DNA of 64,000 nucleotides from Verrucomicrobiia bacterium (GCA_049968335.1 JBMFQZ010000020.1:3394-67393), one strand, 5' to 3'; positions 1 to 10,389 are shown, counted from the first letter of the stretch. The notes: generated by a model not told the origin, from the sequence alone. Numbers and translations: made by a program.

Positions 1-2
1 GC

Positions 3-149
3 GGCGCGCGTTATTACAAATGCGCTGCATTTGAATTGAGAAGCGCCGGGCGCGTTGGGTTTGAACTTGACGGTGAATTTGTTGGCGAACTGCCAATAAC
101 TGTAAAACTGCAACGTTACGGGATAGAGGTCATAAAGCCCGGAAGTTAA
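3..149 (+). CDS. Diacylglycerol/lipid kinase family (YegS/DAGK-like), C-terminal fragment
   Basis: My frame-3 translation ...VGFELDGEFVGELPITVKLQRYGIEVIKPGS* has the xDGE motif typical of the DAGK C-terminus; the 5' part is outside the window and it is not on the ORF track. Confidence 0.7.
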   Translation, partial: GARYYKCAAFELRSAGRVGFELDGEFVGELPITVKLQRYGIEVIKPGS

Positions 150-520
150 TCTATTTCAAGCGCTCTATCCAGTAATTGTTTCAGGTGCATCGTTATAGCG
201 GATTCGGATACTATCACATTTGCCCCGGCTTCGCGCGCGGTTGCTTCAAGCCTTGGATCGGATGAATCTGTAATGGCGATAATTGGTATGTGCGCGGTTT
301 CGGAGTCCTGTCGAATTTGTGAAATTATCGGGCAGACATCTTTCGTCTTTGTTGCGATATCGGCTATTATGATCAATGGCTTTAACGATTTTGCCAGTGT
401 GAATATTTCGTCTGAACTAACAGCGGAATGAACGCGATAGCCGAGCGATTCCAATTTCGTCGGCAATTGCGTTTTAGCATTTATTCTCTCACAAAATATT
501 AGCGCAAGCGGTTGCGTCAT
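146..520 (-). CDS. Single-domain response regulator receiver (atypical)
   Basis: Receiver pattern LESLGYRV...PLIIIAD...IPIIAIT...AREAGAN; lacks the N-terminal acidic pair and the conserved Lys-Pro. Confidence 0.75.
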   Translation of the reverse strand: MTQPLALIFCERINAKTQLPTKLESLGYRVHSAVSSDEIFTLAKSLKPLIIIADIATKTKDVCPIISQIRQDSETAHIPIIAITDSSDPRLEATAREAGANVIVSESAITMHLKQLLDRALEID

Positions 521-747
521 AGTAAAAATTTAAATCAATCAAAGATAAAAGCAAAAGATTTTAGTAAATTCAATTTAAGAAGAACAAGCGCGAGTCTTTA
601 CAATTTAACGGTCTGCAAATTTAACAAGAAAATATTTTTGGTTTTGCCCTGCGTTTGAATTTGTGTATTATTTCAATAGATTTAGCGGGTTGGGTGTCAA
701 ATTAATAACTGACGCGCGCAATTTATCAAAAACCTCTTTGCAATAGA

Positions 748-1500
748 ATGAGTGAGAAGGCGCTCATAGTAATACCGACATATAACGAACGGGAAAATAT
801 AGTTCCGCTTGTTGAGACTATCTTAAAACTGCCCGTCAAAGTGGATATTTTAATCGTGGACGACAATTCTCCGGATGGCACTGGAGAAATAGCGGATGAA
901 CTTTCCAAAAAATATCCGCAGGTTTATGTATTGCATCGGGCAGAAAAGAATGGATTGGGAAGGGCATATTGCGCTGGATTTTTATGGGCTCTTGAGCAGG
1001 ATTACGAATATATAATTGAGATGGACGGCGATTTTTCTCACAACCCCTCTGATATACCGGCATTTCTTCAGGCTGCAAAGAATGCTGACCTTGTAATTGG
1101 CTCGCGGTATTGCAATGGAATCAGGGTAATAAACTGGCCTTTAAAGCGGTTGATGTTGAGTATGGGGGCGGCAAAGTATGTGCAGTTAATCACTGGTATG
1201 CCAATAACAGACCCGACAGGCGGGTTCAAATGTTTCCGCCGCCATACGCTTCAGAAAATCAATTTAAACAGTATAAAGTCTAATGGCTATAGCTTTCAAA
1301 TTGAGATGTCTCATATCGTCTGGCGAAATGGAATGAAGATTGTTGAAGTGCCAATTATTTTTACCGACCGTTTTCAAGGTACGTCAAAGATGTCTAAAAA
1401 GATTGTCTGGGAGGCGATCTGGATGGTCTGGCGATTGCTAATTCAAAATGGATTACGTCGCCGTCCGCGACCGGGAAAAAACGCAAAATTAAAAGATTAG
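748..1500 (+). CDS. Polyprenol-phosphate mannose synthase (Ppm1/DPM1-like GT2)
   Basis: IPTYNE, VDDNSPDGTG, EMDGDFSH, GSRY and GYSFQIEM motifs. Confidence 0.9.
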   Translation: MSEKALIVIPTYNERENIVPLVETILKLPVKVDILIVDDNSPDGTGEIADELSKKYPQVYVLHRAEKNGLGRAYCAGFLWALEQDYEYIIEMDGDFSHNPSDIPAFLQAAKNADLVIGSRYCNGIRVINWPLKRLMLSMGAAKYVQLITGMPITDPTGGFKCFRRHTLQKINLNSIKSNGYSFQIEMSHIVWRNGMKIVEVPIIFTDRFQGTSKMSKKIVWEAIWMVWRLLIQNGLRRRPRPGKNAKLKD

Positions 1501-1514
1501 GAGAACCGAAACAC

Positions 1515-2657
1515 TCACACCCCGCGATAAATAAATTCCAGAGCTATCAGGGCATAAGTGGTTACAAGAATCGGGTCTTTTTCCATCCAGCGATTATTTT
1601 CATTTACCCACGACCCGTCTGGCTTTTGTAGATTTAAGAGTTTCATAGCAAGTTCTCTACGCCAGTTAACTTTTTTGCCGTCTTTGAGTTCAAGTTCATT
1701 AACTCCATAAGTAGCGAGGGCTTTTGCCATTGTGTGATAGTAGTAGAACAGGCCTTCCTGCCCCATTCCGGGATTTTCATCAAGCGTGTAGTGTTTCCTT
1801 AACCAGTCATAGACTGCAAGGACTCTCGGGTCGTCTTTTTTAAGATTCGCGTATATATAACTTAACAAACCCGCGTAACTAATGCTGCCATAAGAACGAA
1901 GCGAGACTTTGCCGGTGGCTTCGTTTGTCCTTCCGCCAGCCATACTTTGTCCCGGAAAATAAACAAATCCACCCCAGTCGTCTTCATATTCAGAGACCCA
2001 GCTGTTTGTGTTGAATTTTGGATGATTCTGGCAGTTTTGCAAAAAGTGGATTGCGGCTTCATAGTTAAGGTCTTTTTCACCGGGTTTGTCTTTTGCGAGT
2101 TGACGTGAATAATAGAGGGCTTCAAGCGCGAATTTTGTGTTGGACATATCGGAATGTTTATAGCGGTTTCCATAGCCGATTCCACCGTCAAGCGGGGTGT
2201 CAAGTTTGCCAGGTTCGCCAAAATCCGATTGCAGGCTAATCAAAAACTGTCTGGCTTTGCGAATGGTTGGTTCATATTCCGGTTTGTTTGCGGAAATAAG
2301 CGCCATCATAGAGATCGCGGTATTATAATTGGGGAGCATTTCTTTATATATTCCGCCGTCGGGCTTCACGTTTTTAAGTAAGTACTCATAACCTCGCTTT
2401 ATGAATTCGGGCTCTTTAACGCGATATTTTTGTTCCGGGTCTCCCTGAAACGCGATTAACGCAAGCGCGGTAATTGCCGGCAGGTCAGCATTTGACCAGT
2501 AGCCGTTTGTATTCTGGGTTTCTTTTAGATAATTGAAGCCTTTGTTAAGAGCAATTTGCAATTCATTGCGAAAAGAGAGATCGGCTGCGTTGAGCGCGAT
2601 CGCGATGTTCAACGCTGTTAATACTGAAAATACTTTTATCACTTGCGACTTATTCAT
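1515..2657 (-). CDS. Secreted prenyltransferase/squalene-oxidase repeat protein
   Basis: N-terminal signal peptide; QW-like repeats (TQNTNGYW, LQKPDGSW); GG.GY, D.SNT..ALEAL and YYY motifs. Confidence 0.8.
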   Translation of the reverse strand: MNKSQVIKVFSVLTALNIAIALNAADLSFRNELQIALNKGFNYLKETQNTNGYWSNADLPAITALALIAFQGDPEQKYRVKEPEFIKRGYEYLLKNVKPDGGIYKEMLPNYNTAISMMALISANKPEYEPTIRKARQFLISLQSDFGEPGKLDTPLDGGIGYGNRYKHSDMSNTKFALEALYYSRQLAKDKPGEKDLNYEAAIHFLQNCQNHPKFNTNSWVSEYEDDWGGFVYFPGQSMAGGRTNEATGKVSLRSYGSISYAGLLSYIYANLKKDDPRVLAVYDWLRKHYTLDENPGMGQEGLFYYYHTMAKALATYGVNELELKDGKKVNWRRELAMKLLNLQKPDGSWVNENNRWMEKDPILVTTYALIALEFIYRGV

Positions 2658-2690
2658 ATTAAACTCCTCAGTACTAATATTTACACCATT

Positions 2691-3356
2691 TTAATTAGAT
2701 TGTTTCAACTCAATTATTACCTCAACGGGCATACCGACAGATAAAGAAAAATTTGTATTCACAATCCAGTCGTTTTCATTTTCTTTGCAAGAGACCGGAT
2801 TGTTGAAAATTGCATCTATATCAGGTTTTATGGCGATGATTGAACGGTCTCGCTGGGCAATGAATGCGCCTTCAATAATTCGCGAGCCGTTGAAATTCCA
2901 GTTCCCTTTTATAAGCGTTTTTTTTCTGATTATATTGAAAATTAATTCTTCAGCCGCAACGGTTTTTTCGCCAGAATCGGTTTTCCATTTTAATTTTATT
3001 GAAACCGGTTCGCCGGGGATAGGATTTTCCGCATTCTTGTAATAAGAATCAGATGGAGTCGGTTTTGAATTTAAAAGCAACATTGCGACCTGAACGTGAT
3101 ATGGTTCGGCTTTTGTTTTTAACAGGCTTTCGTGGAGTTTGCCGGCAGTTGAAACAAGCAGATACTCAATCTGTCCTTCATTCATATTTACGGTTGCGGG
3201 GACCGTCACGGTTTTGTTTTTACTATCAAGCCGCACCAAACCGATTTCAAATAAATCTGGCGCGATTTGTTTAACAGGATTGTTTGTAACAGTTTGAGAA
3301 AAAATCGGTAAAGTTAACGCGGTTAAAACCGTTGTTAAAATGACTTTAAAATTCAT
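2691..3356 (-). CDS. Secreted YdjY-domain-like protein
   Basis: Start moved to MNFKVIL, which follows a GAGAGGA SD; signal peptide; IEYLLV...GKLHESLL and W.FNGS motifs. Confidence 0.65.
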   Translation of the reverse strand: MNFKVILTTVLTALTLPIFSQTVTNNPVKQIAPDLFEIGLVRLDSKNKTVTVPATVNMNEGQIEYLLVSTAGKLHESLLKTKAEPYHVQVAMLLLNSKPTPSDSYYKNAENPIPGEPVSIKLKWKTDSGEKTVAAEELIFNIIRKKTLIKGNWNFNGSRIIEGAFIAQRDRSIIAIKPDIDAIFNNPVSCKENENDWIVNTNFSLSVGMPVEVIIELKQSN

Positions 3357-3577
3357 ATTATTAATTCCTCTCATAAAAGCCGCCTCAACATTATAAAATA
3401 ATGCCATAAAAAATTTTAAAATCCATCTAAATTATTAGAATACCTTAATCGTCCGAATCATTAGCATTTCGGGCAAAGCGCGCTTTTCTCTAAAATTAAA
3501 ATGATTCAGGTTAATTTTACTCCATTGTTGAAAAAATGGTTTTTTGTCGTAAATTCATAGGAAAAAAGGGAATGCTT

Positions 3578-4729
3578 ATGAACAACTTTATATATCAAAA
3601 TCCTGTTAAGATTGTGTTTGGTAAAGGAGAAATTGCGCGCTTGGCTGAGTTAATACCGTCGGGCAAAAAGATATTGATGACTTATGGAGGGGGCTCAATA
3701 AAAAAGAACGGCATTTATGATCAGGTAAAGAAGGCGCTTGTCGGAAGGAGTATTCTTGAATTTGGCGGCATTGAACCGAATCCGCGATATGAGACTTTGA
3801 TGAAAGCCGTAGAGATATGCAGGAAGGAAAAGGTTGAATTTTTATTAAGCGTTGGCGGCGGTTCTGTGCTTGATGGGACAAAGTTCATTGCCATAGCGGC
3901 AAAATATGAAAAGGGAGACCCGTGGGATATATTATCAAAACACGCAACGGCTGAGTCTGCATTGCCGTTAGGTTGCGTTTTAACACTGCCTGCAACAGGT
4001 TCAGAGATGAATATGTTCTCCGTGGTTTCTCGCGAATCAACCAAAGAAAAACTGGCTTTTGCTAACCCGCTTGTATTTCCGCAGTTTTCAATTCTTGACC
4101 CCGAAACGACTTACACACTCTCCGCAGACCAGACGGCGAACGGAATAGTTGACGCGTTTGCGCACGTGATGGAGCAGTATATGACATATCCTGTTTATGC
4201 CCCGTTGCAGGACAGACAGGCTGAGGCAATTTTGATGACTCTCATTGAAGAGGCGCCAAAGGTGTTAAAGAATCCGCGGGATTACAATTCTCGCGCCGCA
4301 ATTATGTGGTGCGCCACACAGGCTTTGAACGGACTTATCGCTTGCGGCGTTCCGCAGGACTGGACTACACATATGATCGGTCATGAACTGACCGCCTTTT
4401 ACGGGCTTGACCATGCAAAAACCCTTGCGATTGTTATGCCGGCAGTGTTGCGTCACCAGTTGAAGAATAAAGAGCAAAAACTGATTCAATACGGCAACAG
4501 GGTTTGGGGAATTTCTTCAGAAAAGCCGGGCGCCGCGCTTGAAGCGATTGATAAAACGGAGCAATTTTTCCGATCAGTCGGGATGAAGACCAAACTGAGT
4601 GAAAACGGCATCGGCAAAGAACGTTTTCAAGAGATAGCTAACCGTTTCAAATCAAGAGGAATGAAATTAGGCGAACATCAGGCAATTGGTCCAGAACAGG
4701 TTATTGAGATTTTAAACCTTTGCCTGTGA
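3578..4729 (+). CDS. NADPH-dependent iron-type alcohol dehydrogenase (YqhD/BdhA-like)
   Basis: MNNF.Y.NP start, YGGGSIKKNG, GGGSVLDG, TLPATGSE, DAF.H..EQY and H.IGHELTA.YGLDH motifs. Confidence 0.92.
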   Translation: MNNFIYQNPVKIVFGKGEIARLAELIPSGKKILMTYGGGSIKKNGIYDQVKKALVGRSILEFGGIEPNPRYETLMKAVEICRKEKVEFLLSVGGGSVLDGTKFIAIAAKYEKGDPWDILSKHATAESALPLGCVLTLPATGSEMNMFSVVSRESTKEKLAFANPLVFPQFSILDPETTYTLSADQTANGIVDAFAHVMEQYMTYPVYAPLQDRQAEAILMTLIEEAPKVLKNPRDYNSRAAIMWCATQALNGLIACGVPQDWTTHMIGHELTAFYGLDHAKTLAIVMPAVLRHQLKNKEQKLIQYGNRVWGISSEKPGAALEAIDKTEQFFRSVGMKTKLSENGIGKERFQEIANRFKSRGMKLGEHQAIGPEQVIEILNLCL

Positions 4730-4900
4730 AAACTCATTTATAAGTTTTACAGAATTGTTTCCCTGGAATTATTAACGCAGAGGCAGATTTTCAGACGCAG
4801 TAAATAAATAACTATTCGCGGCGGCAGGAAGACGATTTTATTTGCCCCCGTCGAGGGGTAATTGGCAATTTTATTTTCTACGTTTTTATTTTACCTAAAA

Positions 4901-4950
4901 TCACAAAGCGGTGTCGCGACTTCCCGAATGTGGGACACCACAGTCTATAA
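4901..4950 (+). repeat. REP-like palindromic element, family A
   Basis: TCACAAAGCGGTGTCGCG...ACCACAGTC; homologous to copies at 17233, 34971, 48497, 52961 and 62581. Confidence 0.65.
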
Positions 4951-5180
4951 TGTTTATCCATTGCAGGCTCTATTCAAACAACTGCAGTATTTGTTATAAG
5001 AAAACTATCAGAAATTTAACCTCACCCAAAAATGGACTTTTTCCCAAAATACTCAAGGTTCAAGTAATATTTCATCCCTTTTTTTATAATTAAAAATCGG
5101 TTGCTCTGCTAACAAATTGAGGATTAATATTGGTTTCTACTGGATGATTTTTATTTATGTTTATAAAAAGTTAAATATTT

Positions 5181-5786
5181 ATGAGAAGTCCTAAGAAGAT
5201 CGGCGACAAACGGTTTTTAAAACCGCCCCGAAGATGGCGGAAGGAAATTGACTTTGTTCTGATATCGGAAAGGCAACTTTCCACTCGTATAAAACAGATT
5301 GCCGCCGTGTTGGAGTCCGATTACAAAGGGCGCGAACTCACTATTATCGCGCTGTTGAGCGGGACAGTTGTATTTCTTGCTGACTTGGTGCGACGGCTTA
5401 ATCTCCCTTTACAGATAGATTTCTTCGGGATTTCAAGTTATGGCGATGGCACGGTTTCAAAAGAACCGACTATTACAAAAGACCTTTCGCTTGAAGTGCG
5501 CGGGCGCGATGTGCTTATTCTTGACGACATCCTTGACACTGGAAAGACATTGAACCTAACACTTAAAAAAATCGCTTCTCTTGAGCCGAATAGCGTAAAA
5601 ACCTGCGTTTTGCTGGATAAACCTGCCCGGCGATTAATAAGTATCAACGCCGATTATACTGGATTTGTAATTCCGAATTATTTCGTTGTTGGATATGGAC
5701 TTGATTTTGCGGAACGATATAGAAATCTGCCTTTTATAGGTGTATTAAAAAAGGAGTTGTATCAAACGGCAGGATGTTGTTTGTAA
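5181..5786 (+). CDS. hpt: Hypoxanthine phosphoribosyltransferase
   Basis: PRPP loop VLILDDILDTGKTL; LLDKP.RR and FVVGYGLDF.E.YRNLP motifs. Confidence 0.95.
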   Translation: MRSPKKIGDKRFLKPPRRWRKEIDFVLISERQLSTRIKQIAAVLESDYKGRELTIIALLSGTVVFLADLVRRLNLPLQIDFFGISSYGDGTVSKEPTITKDLSLEVRGRDVLILDDILDTGKTLNLTLKKIASLEPNSVKTCVLLDKPARRLISINADYTGFVIPNYFVVGYGLDFAERYRNLPFIGVLKKELYQTAGCCL

Positions 5787-5819
5787 TTATAATTAGAGAA
5801 TTTCGTCAAACACATTTTT

Positions 5820-7424
5820 ATGAATTACAAAAAGATAAACAAGATAACAACTATTTGTTTGATCGCGGGAATTGTCATCCTTGGCTGGATATTCAGGTAT
5901 TCAATGAATACTGACGCCGTCGCGTATATAAGGCTGGCTGAATATTACGCCAGCGGGAATTTTGACCTTGCGATAAGCGGATACTGGGGACCTTTGATTT
6001 GCTGGATGATGGCGCTGTTTATCAAACTCGGGATACCGCCGCTTTTTTCGGCGCGAATTGTAATGGGTATTTCTGCAATTGTTTTTTATTTTGCCAGCGA
6101 TTACTTTTTCAAACGTTCAAATCTTCGCGAGGAATGGGGCGCTGCGGGGAGATTGACCGCAGGTTGCGCAAGCCTTGTCTGGTCTGTTCAGCAAATCACC
6201 CCAGACCTATTAATGGCAGGTTTGTTAACATTTGCAGCAGCAAAAATTATACCTCAAACAAACGGGAAAACAGATTATGACTGGTTATTGTCGGGCGTAT
6301 TATTTGGCATCGGGTATTTATGCAAACCGGTTGCCTTTCCGATTGCGATTCTAATGATAGGATTGTTTTTGCTGATTGTCTTTATATCCGAGAGACACAA
6401 ATTTTTTACAGCATTAAAAGCGGCTGTGAAAATCGGCGCTGTATTTTTAATTATTTCCGGCTTATGGATAACCGTGTTATCGGTCAAGTATCACCGCCTG
6501 ACAATTACCACAAGTGCGGCGATTGCCCATTCAATTGCGGCTCCCGGAGAAAAGCCGGAACTGCACCCGTTTTCCATCGGTTTTCACAATCCGCAACCGG
6601 GCAGGATAATCGATTGGGAAGACCCGAGCAGGCTGCCGTACAATTTCTGGTCTCCAATCTCCAGCATTTCAAACCTGCTCTATCAACTTAAAGTGATCGG
6701 TCTTAACACGCTATTAATCATTGGAATGTTGTTTGGGTTGCATCCTGTTTTATTCATATTATGCTTTGCCACACTGCGCTGGATATTTAAATGGGGCGAC
6801 ACAGGATATCTGAGTTCAATGAGCTGGTTCAGACTGCTTGCCCCTGTTTTTGTTATATGCGTGGTTTATCTGCCTGTTCGGGTTTCAATAAAAGATGTCC
6901 GGTATTTTTACCCGGTGCTGCCATTTGTATTTTCAAGCGTGGCTCTGTTTTTCAGTATGCGAGTTGAATCCTGGAAATTGAAACGTCCCGGCACTGTTCG
7001 TTTTCTGCCATTATTTCTTGCAGTTGGAACAGCGTTAGTCCCGATAATCCCCGGCGCTATACAAACAATTCATTCCTATCAAGCCGGTCTATGTTCTCAC
7101 AAAATTGCAGAAGGCATTAAGAATTTAAACATCAGTGGAAATATAGCCGGAAGCGGTTTAATACCCGGCGGACGCGTCGGTGTTTTCACTGCTTTTTTAC
7201 TGAACCGCCCGTGGAATGGCGATTCGTTGAATCCAAAAATCGAAGAGGTAAAAAATGCGAACGCCTCAATCTTTATTGCCGCGGTTAACAGCCCCCTCTA
7301 TCAGTTTTTTCAAAAAAACTCGCAAGATTTTGAAGATATTACCGAGAAAATATTTCAAGCCGTCGGTTCTTCAAGCAGTTGCTCCAGTTTTGTTAAGGTC
7401 TTTTTGCTTAAATCTAAAATGTGA
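5820..7424 (+). CDS. Polytopic membrane protein, GT-C (ArnT/PMT-like) glycosyltransferase
   Basis: D...Y...A motif after TM1, YW.PL, TPD, G.GYL.K and RYF.P motifs; many hydrophobic helices. Confidence 0.6.
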   Translation: MNYKKINKITTICLIAGIVILGWIFRYSMNTDAVAYIRLAEYYASGNFDLAISGYWGPLICWMMALFIKLGIPPLFSARIVMGISAIVFYFASDYFFKRSNLREEWGAAGRLTAGCASLVWSVQQITPDLLMAGLLTFAAAKIIPQTNGKTDYDWLLSGVLFGIGYLCKPVAFPIAILMIGLFLLIVFISERHKFFTALKAAVKIGAVFLIISGLWITVLSVKYHRLTITTSAAIAHSIAAPGEKPELHPFSIGFHNPQPGRIIDWEDPSRLPYNFWSPISSISNLLYQLKVIGLNTLLIIGMLFGLHPVLFILCFATLRWIFKWGDTGYLSSMSWFRLLAPVFVICVVYLPVRVSIKDVRYFYPVLPFVFSSVALFFSMRVESWKLKRPGTVRFLPLFLAVGTALVPIIPGAIQTIHSYQAGLCSHKIAEGIKNLNISGNIAGSGLIPGGRVGVFTAFLLNRPWNGDSLNPKIEEVKNANASIFIAAVNSPLYQFFQKNSQDFEDITEKIFQAVGSSSSCSSFVKVFLLKSKM

Positions 7425-7442
7425 ATAATTTAACGATTAAAT

Positions 7443-8093
7443 ATGTTTTACCGGGAATCAATCCGCAGTGATATGGAACGCAATTTAATGAACGACTCAG
7501 ACGCGCCCACGTTTTTTATTAAGCTGACGAATATTGTCCAGCGGCTTGATATAGACAAAATATTTCTTTTTAAAAAACCGCTTGAAGTTGAACTTGGCGC
7601 TGGGGATGGGACATTTATTGTTCAATGCGCTAAACTTAATCCCCAGCATAACTTTATCGCTGTGGAAAGGCTGCTGGGACGCGCGAGAAAAGTTGAAAAA
7701 AAAGCCCTTCGCGCCGGTCTTGAAAACATCCGCATAATCAGGATTGAAGCCGGATATTTTGTCCAATATTTGCTTCCGGAAAGATCGGTTTTTAAAATGC
7801 ATATTTATTTTCCCGACCCCTGGCCTAAACAGAAGCACGCAAAAAATCGCTTGATCCAGCCACCGTTTTTAGAAGCGCTTTCAAAAATAATGGCGCCAGA
7901 AGGGGAAATATATTTGAGAACCGATTCTCAAGCCTATTATGAACAGATGATAGAAGTCTTTGGAAATTCTCCAGACTTTAAAAAAATAGAGACACCGGAA
8001 AGTTTGAAGATGATAAAGACCGATTTTGAGCAAGAATTTCTCGCTCAGGGAATTAATACGCTTTACGCCGCCTATAGATACGCGTGTATGTAA
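7443..8093 (+). CDS. trmB: tRNA (guanine-N7)-methyltransferase
   Basis: ELGAGDG, FPDPWPK.KH.K.RL, RTD...Y and TDFE motifs; the true start may be 7488. Confidence 0.93.
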   Translation: MFYRESIRSDMERNLMNDSDAPTFFIKLTNIVQRLDIDKIFLFKKPLEVELGAGDGTFIVQCAKLNPQHNFIAVERLLGRARKVEKKALRAGLENIRIIRIEAGYFVQYLLPERSVFKMHIYFPDPWPKQKHAKNRLIQPPFLEALSKIMAPEGEIYLRTDSQAYYEQMIEVFGNSPDFKKIETPESLKMIKTDFEQEFLAQGINTLYAAYRYACM

Positions 8094-8261
8094 TAAATTG
8101 CCATTTTATTTGGGACTCACTAATAAATTGACTGATAATATTTAATGGAATCCAAAAGGATTGTTGACATTTTTGGTTTTGCTTTTTTGATTTATTTCAG
8201 ACACTCTGAATGTGTATATAAAATGTATAACAGTCAGAAACGATAAGCAGATAGTAATAAT

Positions 8262-9236
8262 ATGGGCAAACAAGTATTAGGCAAAGGATTAGGCGCGTTG
8301 CTTGGAGGCGTCAAGCAGGACAAAACGGCAACGCAGCCACAGCAGGTCGTTTCTCATAAACCCGAGCAAGCGACTGTTCAAATGCCCGAGCAGAAAATTG
8401 CCCTGCAACAGACAAAATCAGAAAAAACAGCCCGTAACGATGAACCGTTGCGCGTGCCGATTGACAAACTTAAACCCTCAGCATTCCAGCCGAGAAAAGA
8501 TTTTTCGCAAGAATCAATAGCCGAGCTTGCAGAATCAATAAAGCAACAAGGAATCTTGCAGCCGTTGATAGTCAGACGCGCAGGAGAATATTATGAAATC
8601 ATCGCCGGCGAACGGAGATATCGCGCCGCGCAGATTGCCGGACTGACCGAGGCGCCGGTAGTGATAAAAGAAGTTGATGACCGCGCGGCGTTAGAGATGT
8701 CGCTCATTGAAAACCTTCAGAGAGAGAACCTTAATCCGATAGAGGAAGCCGAAGGTTACGCGAACCTTATAAACACCTTTAATTTAACTCAGGAAGAAGC
8801 GGCTGAAAAGGTTGGCAAGAATCGCGCCACTGTTGCAAACGCTTTGAGACTCTTAAAACTGCCTCCTGAAATTAAATCGCTGCTTCGCACCGGCAACCTT
8901 TCAACAGGCCATGCCAAAGCAATACTGTCAATTGAAGACCCGGCGCTGCAAAAGTTAGCCTCTGAAAAGGTGATCAAGGAGGGACTGAACGTCAGGCAGA
9001 CTGAAGAACTCGTTAATTACCTTAAATCGCATACAGGAACAACTACATCTGTAAAGACAAAAAAACTTCACCCGCGCGATGCACATATTGTTGACCTTGA
9101 GAAGAAACTTATGCAAAAATTCGGGACTAAAGTGACGCTCCATTACCGGGATGGAAAAGGGGCGCTTGAAATTAAATATTTTTCAAACGACGAATTAGAA
9201 CGAATTTTAAATATTGTCGGAATTGAACTGGATTAG
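8262..9236 (+). CDS. parB: Chromosome partitioning protein ParB/Spo0J
   Basis: LGKGLGALL ParA-interacting N-terminus, QPRK.F, GERRYRA, ENLQRENLNP.EEA and an HTH. Confidence 0.95.
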   Translation: MGKQVLGKGLGALLGGVKQDKTATQPQQVVSHKPEQATVQMPEQKIALQQTKSEKTARNDEPLRVPIDKLKPSAFQPRKDFSQESIAELAESIKQQGILQPLIVRRAGEYYEIIAGERRYRAAQIAGLTEAPVVIKEVDDRAALEMSLIENLQRENLNPIEEAEGYANLINTFNLTQEEAAEKVGKNRATVANALRLLKLPPEIKSLLRTGNLSTGHAKAILSIEDPALQKLASEKVIKEGLNVRQTEELVNYLKSHTGTTTSVKTKKLHPRDAHIVDLEKKLMQKFGTKVTLHYRDGKGALEIKYFSNDELERILNIVGIELD

Positions 9237-9252
9237 GTAAACTAAATAAATT

Positions 9253-10389
9253 ATGGCTCCAATAAACAGCAATACTAAAGAATTGAGGGAAGCCTGCGCT
9301 GAAAAATTAAAGCAGGCGGAAAAACAGGTAAACACTATAAAGGCTTTTGTTGGTCTTGATGGATTTGTTGATGAAATAATTCATCTGGTAGATAAACGGT
9401 TCAGCATTGATTCATTCCAGAGAATTCCGACCATCAGCAAGTTTGCCGAGAGAATAGCGGCGGCAGCGGGACGCTCCACTAATATTGAACTTGTCCGCGT
9501 AATGATGAAACTTGGCGGAAACGGTCCTATTATGGCAAACAGCCTTGCGGCATTTGGATTAAAAGTTACCTATCTTGGGGCGCTCGGCTGGCCTAATATT
9601 GATCCGGTGTTTGATGAATTTACAAAACGCGCAGATGTCCATACTATCGCAAATCCGGGGCACACCGACGCATTTGAATTTGACGACGGGAAACTCCTTT
9701 TTGGCAAATTAACCCCGCTTAATGAAGTTAACTGGGAAAATATTGTCAAACGATACGGCAAAGAGAAGTTTGAAGAGAACTTTTCTAACGCCAATCTCGT
9801 TGGCTTCGTCAACTGGACAATGCTTCCATATATGAGCGATATCTGGAAAGTCCTGTTGAAAGATTTATGCCCGAAAATAACCGGGAAAAAACGGGTTCTT
9901 TTTGTTGACCTTGCCGACCCAGAGAAACGAAAGGCTGAAGACCTTGTAGAAGCCACCGAGCTAATTGTGAAGTTTAACCAATATTTTGATGTTATATTTG
10001 GATTAAACGAGAAAGAATCTTACGAGGTTGCTAAGGCGCTCGGGGTGCCTCTTAAGCCGCATACCGAAGAGGGAATTTGCGAACTTGCTGCCGAGTTAAA
10101 TAAACGATTGCCAGTCTCCACGCTGGTTATTCATCCTACAGCATACGCGGTTGCGGCAACCGCAGGAAAAACCACCCTCGTTAAAGGTCCTTATGCCAGC
10201 AAACCGCTCATCACTACCGGCGCAGGCGACCATTTCAATGCAGGCTTCTGTCTGGGCAAACTGCTCGGGCTTGATAATGCAATGAGTCTATTGTGCGGCG
10301 TTAGCACCAGCGGATTCTACGTTCGCACGGCAAAAAGTCCTTCAGTGCCAGACCTTGTTGATATTATGACAAACTGGCCATCTGAATAG
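9253..10389 (+). CDS. PfkB-family carbohydrate kinase
   Basis: GGNGP, NE.E and TTGAGDHFNAGF signatures. Confidence 0.85.
   Translation: MAPINSNTKELREACAEKLKQAEKQVNTIKAFVGLDGFVDEIIHLVDKRFSIDSFQRIPTISKFAERIAAAAGRSTNIELVRVMMKLGGNGPIMANSLAAFGLKVTYLGALGWPNIDPVFDEFTKRADVHTIANPGHTDAFEFDDGKLLFGKLTPLNEVNWENIVKRYGKEKFEENFSNANLVGFVNWTMLPYMSDIWKVLLKDLCPKITGKKRVLFVDLADPEKRKAEDLVEATELIVKFNQYFDVIFGLNEKESYEVAKALGVPLKPHTEEGICELAAELNKRLPVSTLVIHPTAYAVAATAGKTTLVKGPYASKPLITTGAGDHFNAGFCLGKLLGLDNAMSLLCGVSTSGFYVRTAKSPSVPDLVDIMTNWPSE

Noticed and set aside
1515..2657. Squalene-hopene or oxidosqualene cyclase
   Set aside because: Only 380 aa, carries a signal peptide and has no DXDD/DCTAE catalytic motif.
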